From an uncultured Gemmatimonadales bacterium (GTDB taxonomy: Bacteria; Gemmatimonadota; Gemmatimonadetes; Gemmatimonadales; Gemmatimonadaceae), in NCBI GenBank assembly GCA_963793305.1, contig CAWBZV010000005.1, forward strand, positions 960,001-1,024,000: 64,000 nt of DNA. The letters are read 5' to 3'. The notes under the pieces are model-generated. The model saw only the letters and a program-made list of their open reading frames with translations, ran no database searches and was not told where the DNA came from. Positions 54,761-64,000 of the stretch are shown here, piece after piece. The number at the start of each line of letters is the position of its first letter. Position 1 is the stretch's first letter. A program made the position numbers and the translations under genes.

Positions 54761-57700
54761 CGGGGTCTTCGGAACCCGTCATGAACGCGAACGAAAGCGC
54801 ATCCAACCGCTCGTTGATGCCATCAATGAGCACTACGAGCGCCTGCATGGCGTATCCGAAGAAGAGTTGCGCGGTCAGACCGCCAAATTCCGCGCCATAC
54901 TCACCGAACGGACGCAGGCGCTCGAGGCGCAGGTCGCCGAGCTGAAGGCCGCCAAGCGCGCGGCCGCTGATCCGGCCGAGCGCGATCGTTTGGACAACGA
55001 GTTGATAGGGGGCGATGGTCGCGGTGGCGCCGAAGGCGCCCTGCGTGAAGCGACCTCGGATGCGCTGTACGAGATGCTGCCGGAGGCGTTCGCGACGGTG
55101 CGTGAAGCATCCCGTCGGCTCGTCGGCACGACGGTCCTGGTGACCGGCCACGACATCGAGTGGAACATGGTGCCGTACGATGTTCAGCTCATGGGCGGCA
55201 TCGAGCTCCACCTGGGCAAGATCGCCGAGATGGCGACGGGCGAGGGCAAGACGCTGGTCGCCACGCTGCCATTGTACCTGAACGCGCTGTCCGGCAAAGG
55301 CGCGCACCTCGTGACCGTGAACACGTACCTGGCCCGACGCGACTCCCAATGGATGGGTCACGTCTACACGTACCTGGGCCTGACGGTCGGATGTCTCGAT
55401 GACACCGAGCCGGGGACGCCGGAACGACGCGCGGCGTACCTGTGTGATATCACGTACGGCACGAACAACGAGTTCGGGTTCGACTATCTCCGCGACAACA
55501 TGGTCGTGTCGCTGGAGCAACGCGTCCAACGCAGCCACACGTACGCGATTGTCGACGAAGTCGACTCGGTCCTGATCGACGAAGCGCGAACCCCGCTCAT
55601 TATCTCGGGCCCGGTCGGCAACGAGAGCGACGCCCAATACGCCGAGTACAACGCGGCGATCGGCCGGCTGGTGCGCAAGCAGACGGACCTCGCGAATGGG
55701 CTCGTCTCCGAGGGCGAACGCCAGCTGGAGGCGGGCGAGTCGGCCGAGGGTGGCCTCCTCCTCTACAAGGCGCAGCTCGGGAGCCCGAAGAACAAGCGCC
55801 TGCTCAAACTGCTGCAAGAGCAGGGCGTCAAGGCGCTCGTGCAGAAGGCCGAGCTCGACGTGATCGGCGATCGCAAGCTTTCGCCGAGCAAGCAGCAGTT
55901 TCGCGATCTCGAAGACGACCTGTTGTTCGTCCTCGACGAACGAGGGCATACGGTCCACCTGACCGACCGTGGCGTCGACTTCATGTCGCCCGACGACCAC
56001 GATGCATTCGTGCTCCCCGATATTTCGAGCGAAGTCCATCGCATCGACAAGAACGAGTCGATGACGCCGCAGGAAAAGATCGATGGGCGCCGGAAGATCG
56101 AGGGCGAGTACGCGGCCAAGAGCGAGAAGCTCAACATCGTCCACCAGTTGCTCCGCGCGCACGCGCTCTACGAGCGCGACGTGAACTATGTCGTGCAAGA
56201 CGGCCAGGTGCTGATCGTCGACGAGTTCACGGGGCGCACGATGCCCGGTCGGCGTTGGTCGGAGGGCCTCCATCAGGCGGTGGAGGCAAAAGAAGGCGTG
56301 CAGGTGAAGGGCGAGACCCAGACGATGGCGACGATCACCATCCAGAACTACTTCCGGATGTACGACAAGCTCGCCGGCATGACGGGTACGGCGGAGACGG
56401 AAGAGACCGAATTTTTTGAAATTTACAAGTTGGACGTCTCGGTCATCCCGACGAACAAAAACGTCATTCGCGACGACCGCCACGATCTCGTCTACAAGAC
56501 GCGCCGTGAGAAGTACAACGCCATTCTGGAAGAGACGCGCCGCCTGCACGACCTGGGCTACCCCGTCTTGGTCGGTACGGTCAATGTCGAGGTATCGGAA
56601 ACCCTGTCGCGTATGTTCAAGCGCGCGGGACTGCCGCACCAAGTCCTGAACGCCAAGTACCACCAGAAGGAAGCCGAGATCGTTGCCGGAGCCGGTCAGT
56701 CGGGCTCAGTGACGATCGCCACGAACATGGCCGGCCGCGGCACGGATATTAAGCTCGGTTCCGGGGTGATCGAGTCGAAGCCGTCCATCGTCAAAGACGA
56801 AGACAACAAGCCGGTCGACGTCGTCGAATGCGGCGGGTTGCATATCATTGGCTCCGAGCGCCACGAGTCCCGGCGTATCGACCGGCAGTTGCGTGGTCGC
56901 GCGGGCCGCCAGGGAGATCCCGGCGCGTCGCAGTTCTTCCTGTCGCTCGAAGACGATCTGATGCGGCTGTTCGGCTCCGAGCGGATCGCGAAGCTGATGG
57001 ACAGCATGGGCGCGCAAGAAGGCGAGATGCTGACGCACCCGTTGATCACCCGATCGATCGAGCAAGCGCAAAAGCGGGTCGAGCTGCAGCACTTCCAATC
57101 CCGCAAGCGGCTGCTCGAATACGACGACGTGATGAACCAGCAGCGCGAGGTCATCTACTCGCTGCGCACGTTCGCGCTCGAGGGCGGGGAAGAGCTCAAG
57201 GGCGAAGCCCAGCGGATGATCGAGAAAGCGGTCGGGCGGCGGGTCGAGCTCGCGCTCGTCGAGTACGACTCGGATCCGGATATCGATCTGGGGCTCATCC
57301 GCCAAGAGCTGCTGATGCACTATCTCGTGACGGTGCCGGCGCTCGAGGCCGAGCTCCGCCCGGCGTCGATGTCCGACGCGGTGCGGGACGCGGTCGCGGC
57401 AGGGCATCAGGCGTTCTCGAACAAGATGACGAATCTCGCCGAGTTCGCCGATCAGCTCCTGTCACTGGTCATGCTGCAGGTGCTCGACGAGAAGTGGAAG
57501 GATCACCTGTACGATCTCGACCAACTCCGCGCCGGCATCACGTATCGGTCGTGGGGGCAGAAGGACCCGTTGATCGAGTACAAGCAGGAAGCGTACAGCA
57601 TGTTCGTCGATCTCATGGCGGACATCTACAACACGTTCACCGAGCGCTTCCTGCGGGCCCAGATCGTCTTCCAACCCCCGGCGCCTCCTCCGCAGCAGCC

Positions 57701-57974
57701 GGCCTCGAACACACAAACCGGGCGCAAACCAACCAAACGCTACGACGCGCTTGGCATGTTGGAGGACGTCCCCGAAGGGGAGGACGAGAAAAAGAAGGAG
57801 AGCAAGAAAGAAGAGACCGAGGCCGTGGACACGGGCCCAGCCGAATCCCCTCCGTCAGGCCGGACGAAGTCCAAGCCGGACCCAGCCGTAAGCAACTCAA
57901 ACGTGGGCCGAAACGACCCATGCCCCTGCGGATCAGGCAAGAAATACAAAAAGTGCCACGGGGTCGCTGCCTAG
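54741..57974 (+). CDS. secA: Preprotein translocase ATPase SecA
   Basis: [44 protein letters not shown]-terminal [22 protein letters not shown]. Confidence 0.98.
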   Translation: MLKRLISGVFGTRHERERKRIQPLVDAINEHYERLHGVSEEELRGQTAKFRAILTERTQALEAQVAELKAAKRAAADPAERDRLDNELIGGDGRGGAEGALREATSDALYEMLPEAFATVREASRRLVGTTVLVTGHDIEWNMVPYDVQLMGGIELHLGKIAEMATGEGKTLVATLPLYLNALSGKGAHLVTVNTYLARRDSQWMGHVYTYLGLTVGCLDDTEPGTPERRAAYLCDITYGTNNEFGFDYLRDNMVVSLEQRVQRSHTYAIVDEVDSVLIDEARTPLIISGPVGNESDAQYAEYNAAIGRLVRKQTDLANGLVSEGERQLEAGESAEGGLLLYKAQLGSPKNKRLLKLLQEQGVKALVQKAELDVIGDRKLSPSKQQFRDLEDDLLFVLDERGHTVHLTDRGVDFMSPDDHDAFVLPDISSEVHRIDKNESMTPQEKIDGRRKIEGEYAAKSEKLNIVHQLLRAHALYERDVNYVVQDGQVLIVDEFTGRTMPGRRWSEGLHQAVEAKEGVQVKGETQTMATITIQNYFRMYDKLAGMTGTAETEETEFFEIYKLDVSVIPTNKNVIRDDRHDLVYKTRREKYNAILEETRRLHDLGYPVLVGTVNVEVSETLSRMFKRAGLPHQVLNAKYHQKEAEIVAGAGQSGSVTIATNMAGRGTDIKLGSGVIESKPSIVKDEDNKPVDVVECGGLHIIGSERHESRRIDRQLRGRAGRQGDPGASQFFLSLEDDLMRLFGSERIAKLMDSMGAQEGEMLTHPLITRSIEQAQKRVELQHFQSRKRLLEYDDVMNQQREVIYSLRTFALEGGEELKGEAQRMIEKAVGRRVELALVEYDSDPDIDLGLIRQELLMHYLVTVPALEAELRPASMSDAVRDAVAAGHQAFSNKMTNLAEFADQLLSLVMLQVLDEKWKDHLYDLDQLRAGITYRSWGQKDPLIEYKQEAYSMFVDLMADIYNTFTERFLRAQIVFQPPAPPPQQPASNTQTGRKPTKRYDALGMLEDVPEGEDEKKKESKKEETEAVDTGPAESPPSGRTKSKPDPAVSNSNVGRNDPCPCGSGKKYKKCHGVAA

Positions 57975-58013
57975 CGATGAGGCCCGCCGGGCAATGCCAC
58001 CCGATCTTATGGC

Positions 58014-58718
58014 ATGCCTGGCGAGTCCTCCTGTCCGACGTTAGCTATTAGACGGTTACCCAAGAGTGACAGGCCGCGCGAGCGGCTTTTCCAGTTCGGT
58101 GCCGAACGACTAACAACAGTTGAGCTCCTAGCCATCTTGGTAGGCAGCGGCGGCGCCGGTCACTCAGCGCTCGATACTGGCCGCGCCATTATGGCAGAGA
58201 CCGGCGGTTCCCTCCGGCGGTTGCGCTCCAGAACGCCGGCCGAACTGACTCATATCGCAGGCGTTGGACCTGCTAGAGCAACGATTCTGCACGCGGCGCT
58301 CGAGCTCGCGCGCCGCTGGTTGGAAGAAGGGTGCGAGGAGCGGCTGCGGGTGCGGTCGCCGATCGATATCGTGCTGAGATTCGCCCCGCGCATGCGGGAT
58401 CTGAGAGTGGAGGAATTTCACGTGATTGTCCTGGATACGCAGCATGGACTGCAGCGGGACATCACGGTGACACGCGGGTTGCTCAGCTCGTCGCCCGTGC
58501 ATACACGGGAGGTGTTCCAAGCGGCGATCGTCGAAGGCGCAGCGGCGATCGTGTTGCTCCACAATCATCCCAGTGGCGATCCGACTCCGTCGCCGGAAGA
58601 CCATGTCCTGACCCAGCGGCTCGCTACGGCAGGGCGTTTGCTCGACATTCCCGTGTACGATCACGTGATCGTCGGGCGGGATCGATATACGAGCTTTTTG
58701 GAGGAACAGTGGCTGTGA
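58014..58718 (+). CDS. radC: RadC-like JAB-domain protein
   Basis: RPRERL..ELLAIL, HhH GVGPA, HNHPSGDPTPS.ED and DHVIV. Confidence 0.93.
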   Translation: MPGESSCPTLAIRRLPKSDRPRERLFQFGAERLTTVELLAILVGSGGAGHSALDTGRAIMAETGGSLRRLRSRTPAELTHIAGVGPARATILHAALELARRWLEEGCEERLRVRSPIDIVLRFAPRMRDLRVEEFHVIVLDTQHGLQRDITVTRGLLSSSPVHTREVFQAAIVEGAAAIVLLHNHPSGDPTPSPEDHVLTQRLATAGRLLDIPVYDHVIVGRDRYTSFLEEQWL

Positions 58719-60901
58719 CCGAGACCGCGGTGAGTGGGAACCAACCCAATCTTGCCGCGATCATCCCGAACTGGACGACGACGAGTGACGAGCGGCTCGA
58801 CCGCGAGTTGCTCGCGCGCGCGTTTCGGTACAGCCAGCGGGCGCACCTCGGTCAAAAGCGATTTTCCGGCGAGGAGTACGTCTCGCATTGCGTCGAGGTC
58901 GCGAAGATCCTCGTTGACCTCCAGCTCGACTCGGTGACCGTCGCCAGCGGTTTGATCCACGACGTCGTCGAGGACACCACGTGCTCCGTCGAGGATGTCG
59001 AGCGGGAGTTCGGGTCCGAGATCGCCGAGATCGTGGACGGTCTCACCAAGATCGGGACGCTGCCGCAGCACTCGACGCAAGAACGTCAAGTCGAAAATTA
59101 TCGGAAGCTCTTACTCTCGATCGCCAAAGACGCCCGCGTCATCATTATCAAGCTGGCCGATCGGCTGCACAACATGCGGACGCTGGAGTATTTGCGCCCG
59201 GAGAAACAGCGGCGCATCGCGCAAGAAACCCGCGACCTGTACGCCCCGCTCGCCCACCGCTTCGGTATGGCGAAGATGCGGTGGGAGCTCGAAGACTTGG
59301 CATTCAAGTTCTTGGAGACCGACGACTACCGCGGCCTCGCCAAGCTCGTCGCCACTAAGCGTGGTGAACGCGAAGCGTTGATCGCCCAGATGCGCGAGCC
59401 CCTGGAGCGCGTTCTGCTCACTGCAGGTATGCAGAACGTCGAAGTCACGGGCCGCCCCAAGCATCTGTGGTCGATCCACAAGAAGATGCAGAAGCGCCAA
59501 AAGCCGTATGACGAAATTTACGACTTGCTGGCGATCCGGGTTCTCGTCAACTCAGTCCCGGACTGCTACCACGCCCTGGGCGTCATCCACGATGGCTGGA
59601 CGCCGCTGCAGGAGCGCATCAAGGACTACATCGCGCAGCCCAAGTCGAACGGCTACCAGTCGCTGCACACGACGGTGTTCGGCCCTGGCCGCCAGTTGTT
59701 CGAGATCCAGATCCGCACGCGCGACATGCACCGGACCGCCGAGTTCGGAATCGCCGCCCACTGGCTCTACAAGAACGGGACGGTAGCCGCGGGCGATATC
59801 GAGCGCCACCTCAGTTGGTTCCGCCAAGTCTTGGAGCTGCAACTCGACGCGAAAACTCCGGACGAATTCCTGGAGTTCTTGAAGCTCGACCTGTATCAGG
59901 ACGAGATCTTCGTCTTCACGCCCACGGGCGATGTGATTCAGCTCCCGAAAGGCGCGACCCCCTTGGATTTCGCGTTCGCGGTGCACACGGAAGTTGGTCT
60001 CCACTGCCAAGGCGCCAAGATCAACGGGAAAATCGCCCCGTTGTCGCGGCAATTAAAAAATTCCGAGACAGTGGAGATTCTGACGGGCCCCGCCGCGCGG
60101 CCCAGTCGGGATTGGCTGGCGCATGTCCGCACGGGCCGCGCGCGCCACAAGATCCGCCAGTGGCTGCGCCACGAACAAGAAGAGACGTCGCAGAAAATCG
60201 GCCGCGAGATACTGGACCGCGAGATCAAACGCCGCCGGTTGGCAAAGCCGAACGACGATGACCTCGAGCTGATCGCCAAAGAGCTCAGCCTCAACGATGT
60301 CGATCACTTGCTGGCGTCGATCGGCCAGGGCAACGTCCACGCCTTGCAGGCGCTCAAGATCTTACACCCGGACCTCGACCAGACCGACGCCCCGGCCAAG
60401 CCGAGCGCCCTCGAGCGCCTGGTCGACCGCGTGCGCCGCGGGAGCAAGGGCGTTCGCATTCAGGGCGCGGACGGCCTCATGGTCCGCTACGCCCAATGTT
60501 GTCAGCCGGTGCCCGGCGACCCGGTGGTCGGCTATGTCACGCGCGGCCGTGGGGTCAGCATCCACCGCTCCGACTGTCCGAACTTGCTGTTCCTCGCCCA
60601 CGAGCCGGAACGGCGGCTCGAAATCGACTGGCAAGAGCAGGAGGGCGAACGCTTCACGGTTCGTTTGACGCTCGAGGCCAACGACCGTCGCGGCCTTTAC
60701 GCCGACATCGCCGCCGCCGTCAGCGCTACCGGCACCGATATCCGCAGCATGGAGCTCCAGACCCACGATGGCCGCGTCACTGGCTCGGCCCTCGTCGAGG
60801 TCGAGAATCTGGCGCACCTGGAGCGGATCATGAAGGCGGCCCGCCGCGTCAAGGGCGTCTCCGAAGTCGCGCGGCGCGATCGAATTACCACGGACGACTA
60901 G
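58715..60901 (+). CDS. spoT: Bifunctional (p)ppGpp synthetase/hydrolase
   Basis: HD motif IHDVVED, KLADRLHNMR, GRPKH, YQSLHT, EIQIRT; TGS, CC and ACT domains. Confidence 0.96.
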   Translation: MTETAVSGNQPNLAAIIPNWTTTSDERLDRELLARAFRYSQRAHLGQKRFSGEEYVSHCVEVAKILVDLQLDSVTVASGLIHDVVEDTTCSVEDVEREFGSEIAEIVDGLTKIGTLPQHSTQERQVENYRKLLLSIAKDARVIIIKLADRLHNMRTLEYLRPEKQRRIAQETRDLYAPLAHRFGMAKMRWELEDLAFKFLETDDYRGLAKLVATKRGEREALIAQMREPLERVLLTAGMQNVEVTGRPKHLWSIHKKMQKRQKPYDEIYDLLAIRVLVNSVPDCYHALGVIHDGWTPLQERIKDYIAQPKSNGYQSLHTTVFGPGRQLFEIQIRTRDMHRTAEFGIAAHWLYKNGTVAAGDIERHLSWFRQVLELQLDAKTPDEFLEFLKLDLYQDEIFVFTPTGDVIQLPKGATPLDFAFAVHTEVGLHCQGAKINGKIAPLSRQLKNSETVEILTGPAARPSRDWLAHVRTGRARHKIRQWLRHEQEETSQKIGREILDREIKRRRLAKPNDDDLELIAKELSLNDVDHLLASIGQGNVHALQALKILHPDLDQTDAPAKPSALERLVDRVRRGSKGVRIQGADGLMVRYAQCCQPVPGDPVVGYVTRGRGVSIHRSDCPNLLFLAHEPERRLEIDWQEQEGERFTVRLTLEANDRRGLYADIAAAVSATGTDIRSMELQTHDGRVTGSALVEVENLAHLERIMKAARRVKGVSEVARRDRITTDD

Positions 60902-60904
60902 CCT

Positions 60905-60926
60905 CCTCGTCGCTCGGGCGAGGTTT
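60905..60926 (+). terminator. Possible weak intrinsic terminator after spoT
   Basis: CCTCGTC-GCTCG-GGCGAGG stem followed by only TTT. Confidence 0.35.
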
Positions 60927-60962
60927 GGCGAAGCGCCATTCAGAACCGGATATATTTAGCTC

Positions 60963-63011
60963 ATGGCCGGCCCCAAGTTCGACCTGCAGGCGCCCTTCCG
61001 CCCGGCGGGCGATCAGCCACGCGCGATCGCCGAGCTGTCGGCGGGTCTGCGCCGTGGCGACAGGTTCCAGACGCTCCTCGGCGTGACCGGCTCGGGCAAG
61101 ACGATGACGGTCGCCAACGTCATCCAGGATTTCGGCCGCCCAACGCTGGTGCTCTCGCACAATAAGACCCTCGCCGCCCAGCTGTACGGCGAACTCAAGG
61201 GCTTCTTCCCGAAGAACGCGGTCGAGTACTTCATCTCGTACTACGACTACTACCAGCCGGAAGCCTATGTCCCGGCGTCGGACACGTACATCGAGAAAGA
61301 CGCCTCGATCAACGAAGACATCGATCGTCTCCGGCTCCGAGCCACGTCGAGCCTGATGGAGCGCGACGACGTCGTGATCGTCTCCACCGTGTCCGCGATC
61401 TACGGCCTCGGCGACCCGCTGACGTACAAAGAGACGATGGTGACGGTCGAGCGCGGCCAGCACATCCCGCGCGATGAGATCCTGCGCGCCCTCGTTCGTA
61501 TCCAGTACGGCCGCAACGATGTCGCCTTCGAGCGCGGAACCTTCCGCGTGCGCGGCGACACCGTCGAGATTTTCCCGGCCTACGAGGAGCAGGGTGTCCG
61601 CGTCGAGATGTGGGGCGACCAGGTCGAGAAGATCTCCAAGATCGATCCACTCACGGGGAACGTCATCACGTCGCTCGAGCGCGCCGCGGTCTACCCCGCG
61701 AAGCATTTTATCACCTCGCGCCCGAGACTCGAACGCGCGGTCGGCCTGATCCGCTCCGAGCTGGCCGAACGCCTGGAGCTCCTCCGTTCAAACGGCAAGC
61801 TCCTCGAAGCGCAACGCCTCGAAAGCCGCACGAACTTCGACATCGAGATGATGTTGGAGATCGGCACCTGCGCCGGAATCGAAAACTATTCTCGCCATCT
61901 CTCGGGCCGTTCTGCCGGCGAGCGCCCGGCATGCTTGTTCGATTACTTCCCGGAAGATTTTCTGGTGGTCGTCGACGAATCACACGTGACGCTCCCGCAA
62001 GTCCGTGGGATGTACAATGGCGACCGCGCGCGCAAGCTCACGCTGGTGGACTACGGCTTTCGTCTCCCGTCGGCGCTCGACAATCGTCCATTGATCTTCG
62101 ACGAGTTCTTGGCGCTCACGCCGCGCGCGATCATGGTCTCGGCCACTCCCGCTGAGCTCGAATTAGAGCTTTCCCAGGGCGTCGTGGTCGAGCAGATTAT
62201 TCGCCCCACGGGCCTGGTAGACCCAGAAATCGAGATACGCTCGGTCCGTGGCCAGGTCGATGACCTGCTCCATGAGATTCGCGCGCGCGAAGCGCGAAGC
62301 GAACGCGTCCTGGTGACCACGCTGACGAAGCGCATGGCCGAGGACCTGACGGATTATCTCCAGCAGATGGGCGTGCGAGTGCGCTACATGCACTCGGACA
62401 TCGATGCCATCGAACGCATGGAGATCGTGAGAGGCCTGCGCTTGGGTGATTTCGATGTCCTGGTCGGCATTAACTTGTTGCGCGAAGGCCTGGACATGCC
62501 GGAGGTCTCCTTGGTCGCGATATTGGACGCGGACCAAGAGGGTTTTCTCCGCAGCGATCGCTCACTGATCCAGACCGTGGGCCGCGCCGCGCGCCATATC
62601 TCGGGCCGCGCCATTCTGTACGCCGATCGCATGACGGGCTCAATGCAGCGCGCCATCGACGAGACCAGTCGCCGTCGCACGATCCAACAGGAGCACAACG
62701 TCGAGCACGGGATCACGCCGCGCTCGGTGAGCAAGAGTGTCGATCAGGTCCGCTTGATCACACGCGTCGCCGATGCCCGTACCGAGCGCACGCCGGCGGT
62801 CGAACGGCTCGCCCCGCGCGCCCCCGAGGGCGATGTCGCGGCATTGATCGCCCGTTTGGAAAAAGAGATGAAGGAAGCGGCGGCCGCCCTCGACTTCGAG
62901 ACCGCGGCGCGCCTGCGCGACGAGCTGTTCGATGTCCGCGCGGCCGGCTCCGGGCAGCCGGGCACGGACGCGCGTCGTCGTCGACCCGCTCGCCCGGCCG
63001 TCGAGCGGTAA
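60963..63011 (+). CDS. uvrB: Excinuclease ABC subunit B
   Basis: [33 protein letters not shown]-terminal UVR domain. Confidence 0.98.
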   Translation: MAGPKFDLQAPFRPAGDQPRAIAELSAGLRRGDRFQTLLGVTGSGKTMTVANVIQDFGRPTLVLSHNKTLAAQLYGELKGFFPKNAVEYFISYYDYYQPEAYVPASDTYIEKDASINEDIDRLRLRATSSLMERDDVVIVSTVSAIYGLGDPLTYKETMVTVERGQHIPRDEILRALVRIQYGRNDVAFERGTFRVRGDTVEIFPAYEEQGVRVEMWGDQVEKISKIDPLTGNVITSLERAAVYPAKHFITSRPRLERAVGLIRSELAERLELLRSNGKLLEAQRLESRTNFDIEMMLEIGTCAGIENYSRHLSGRSAGERPACLFDYFPEDFLVVVDESHVTLPQVRGMYNGDRARKLTLVDYGFRLPSALDNRPLIFDEFLALTPRAIMVSATPAELELELSQGVVVEQIIRPTGLVDPEIEIRSVRGQVDDLLHEIRAREARSERVLVTTLTKRMAEDLTDYLQQMGVRVRYMHSDIDAIERMEIVRGLRLGDFDVLVGINLLREGLDMPEVSLVAILDADQEGFLRSDRSLIQTVGRAARHISGRAILYADRMTGSMQRAIDETSRRRTIQQEHNVEHGITPRSVSKSVDQVRLITRVADARTERTPAVERLAPRAPEGDVAALIARLEKEMKEAAAALDFETAARLRDELFDVRAAGSGQPGTDARRRRPARPAVER

Positions 63012-63455
63012 GTGCACGTCGTCCCACCCCTCGCGGCGCGCGGCCGGATCGCGCTCACGCTGCCGGAGCTGGTGGCGTGGGGCGAGCGCTTGGGCCGCGC
63101 GCTCACCCCGCCGCAGCTGATCGCGATCTCCGGCGATTTGGGCGCCGGCAAGACGACGCTCATCCAAGCGATCTGCCGCGGCTACGGCGTGACCGAGCCC
63201 GTCACGAGCCCGACGTTCGCGCTGGTGCACGAATATCGCGCGCCGCGCTCGGCGGTCTTTCACATCGACCTCTATCGCCTCGACCGCCCGGCGGACCTCA
63301 CCAGCATCGGCTGGGACGACATCGTGCGCGCCGAAGCCCTGATTCTGGTCGAGTGGCCGGAGCGCGCCGGCGATCGCTTGCCGTCGGCGCACGTCCCGAT
63401 CGATCTGGAGCACCTCAGCGGCGAGCCGAACAAGCGGGTCCTGCTCGCAGGGTGA
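63012..63455 (+). CDS. tsaE: t6A biosynthesis ATPase TsaE
   Basis: GDLGAGKTT, VTSPTF, HIDLYRL and VEWPE. Confidence 0.96.
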   Translation: MHVVPPLAARGRIALTLPELVAWGERLGRALTPPQLIAISGDLGAGKTTLIQAICRGYGVTEPVTSPTFALVHEYRAPRSAVFHIDLYRLDRPADLTSIGWDDIVRAEALILVEWPERAGDRLPSAHVPIDLEHLSGEPNKRVLLAG

Positions 63456-64000
63456 CGGTTCTCGCGCTCGACGCGTCGACGGCCCGCGCCACGGTAGCCG
63501 TTATTTGGCCTGGCTCCAGCGCTGTCATTGCCAAGGTTGCGGCTGAGGCGACAGTTGCCGAGCGCTCTGAACACGTGGAGCCTTTGTTGCCCGCGGCGCT
63601 GGCCTTGCTCGCCTCAGTCTCCGTCCCGTTGTCAGAGCTGACGGCCATCGTATGCGGTGCGGGGCCCGGGACCTTCACAGGCCTCCGCACGGCCGCGTCG
63701 ATCGCCAAAGGCCTGGCGATGGGACTCGAGATCCCGCTCTACGCGGTCCCGTCGCTGTCATTGATCCCGGCCGGTCTCGCCGATGGCCGATACCTGGCGG
63801 TGTTAGACGCGGGCCGAGGTGACCGCTTCGCGTCACTGCTCGATTGGCCGAGCGGCGAAGGCGCCTATATCCTCGCCCCAGCAGCCCAGGTCGCGGCACT
63901 CGCCGCCGAGTCGCACGCGACCATGGTCGGCCCAGAAACCGGCGTTTGGCCCCACGCTCGCGGCGTTATCCACCTCGCCTGGGGCCCCCCAGTCGACCTG
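63452..64000 (+). CDS. tsaB: t6A biosynthesis protein TsaB, 3'-truncated by window edge
   Basis: Manual translation MTVLALDAST..CGAGPGTFTGLR..AKGLA..LDAGRG; GTGA-coupled to tsaE. Confidence 0.92.
   Translation, partial: MTVLALDASTARATVAVIWPGSSAVIAKVAAEATVAERSEHVEPLLPAALALLASVSVPLSELTAIVCGAGPGTFTGLRTAASIAKGLAMGLEIPLYAVPSLSLIPAGLADGRYLAVLDAGRGDRFASLLDWPSGEGAYILAPAAQVAALAAESHATMVGPETGVWPHARGVIHLAWGPPVDL

Noticed and set aside
54519..56663. 714-aa minus-strand ORF, and similar long shadows such as 6213-7736, 11979-13379 and 30219-31520
   Set aside because: Lie opposite well-supported genes and show no independent coding signal
58014..58718. radC as a marker of a mobile element
   Set aside because: Full-length HhH+JAB chromosomal form, coupled to spoT in a housekeeping context

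Overview
High-GC bacterial chromosome segment, probably Gemmatimonadota or a related FCB lineage. This is inferred from gene content, an FCB-style SecA insertion and dense ATGA/GTGA-coupled operons, not from a search. Most of the window is housekeeping. In order: a K+-independent H+-pyrophosphatase and amino-acid/dicarboxylate transporters; an amino-sugar salvage cluster (NamZ, two SSS transporters, BadF-type kinase, IscA); an Ino1 + CDP-alcohol phosphotransferase pair; 2-oxoacid dehydrogenase E1a/E1b/E2; a redox block (trxB, AhpD-like, Rrf2); smpB-amidase-pyrD-pyrF; a free-standing alpha operon followed by rpmB; a surface-polysaccharide locus (gmd, rmd, carB, wbpD/B/E/A, wzi-wza-wzc, ugd, uxs); then bamD-nadD-secA-radC-spoT-uvrB-tsaE-tsaB. 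The only clearly accessory stretch is about 25.7-29.8 kb around tRNA-Leu(CAG). It holds an orphan Hcp, a lower-GC PD-(D/E)XK-like protein, a frameshifted RNase H/DUF3800-like gene and a lipoprotein, and is the best candidate for an undescribed defence or effector module. Other signals: a pseudoknot-like RNA before rpoA, two genes without a canonical start codon, candidate leaderless promoters, and enzymes with atypical catalytic motifs. Five genes carry frameshifts, mostly single extra bases, most likely sequencing errors. All product calls come from motif recognition; no database search was run.
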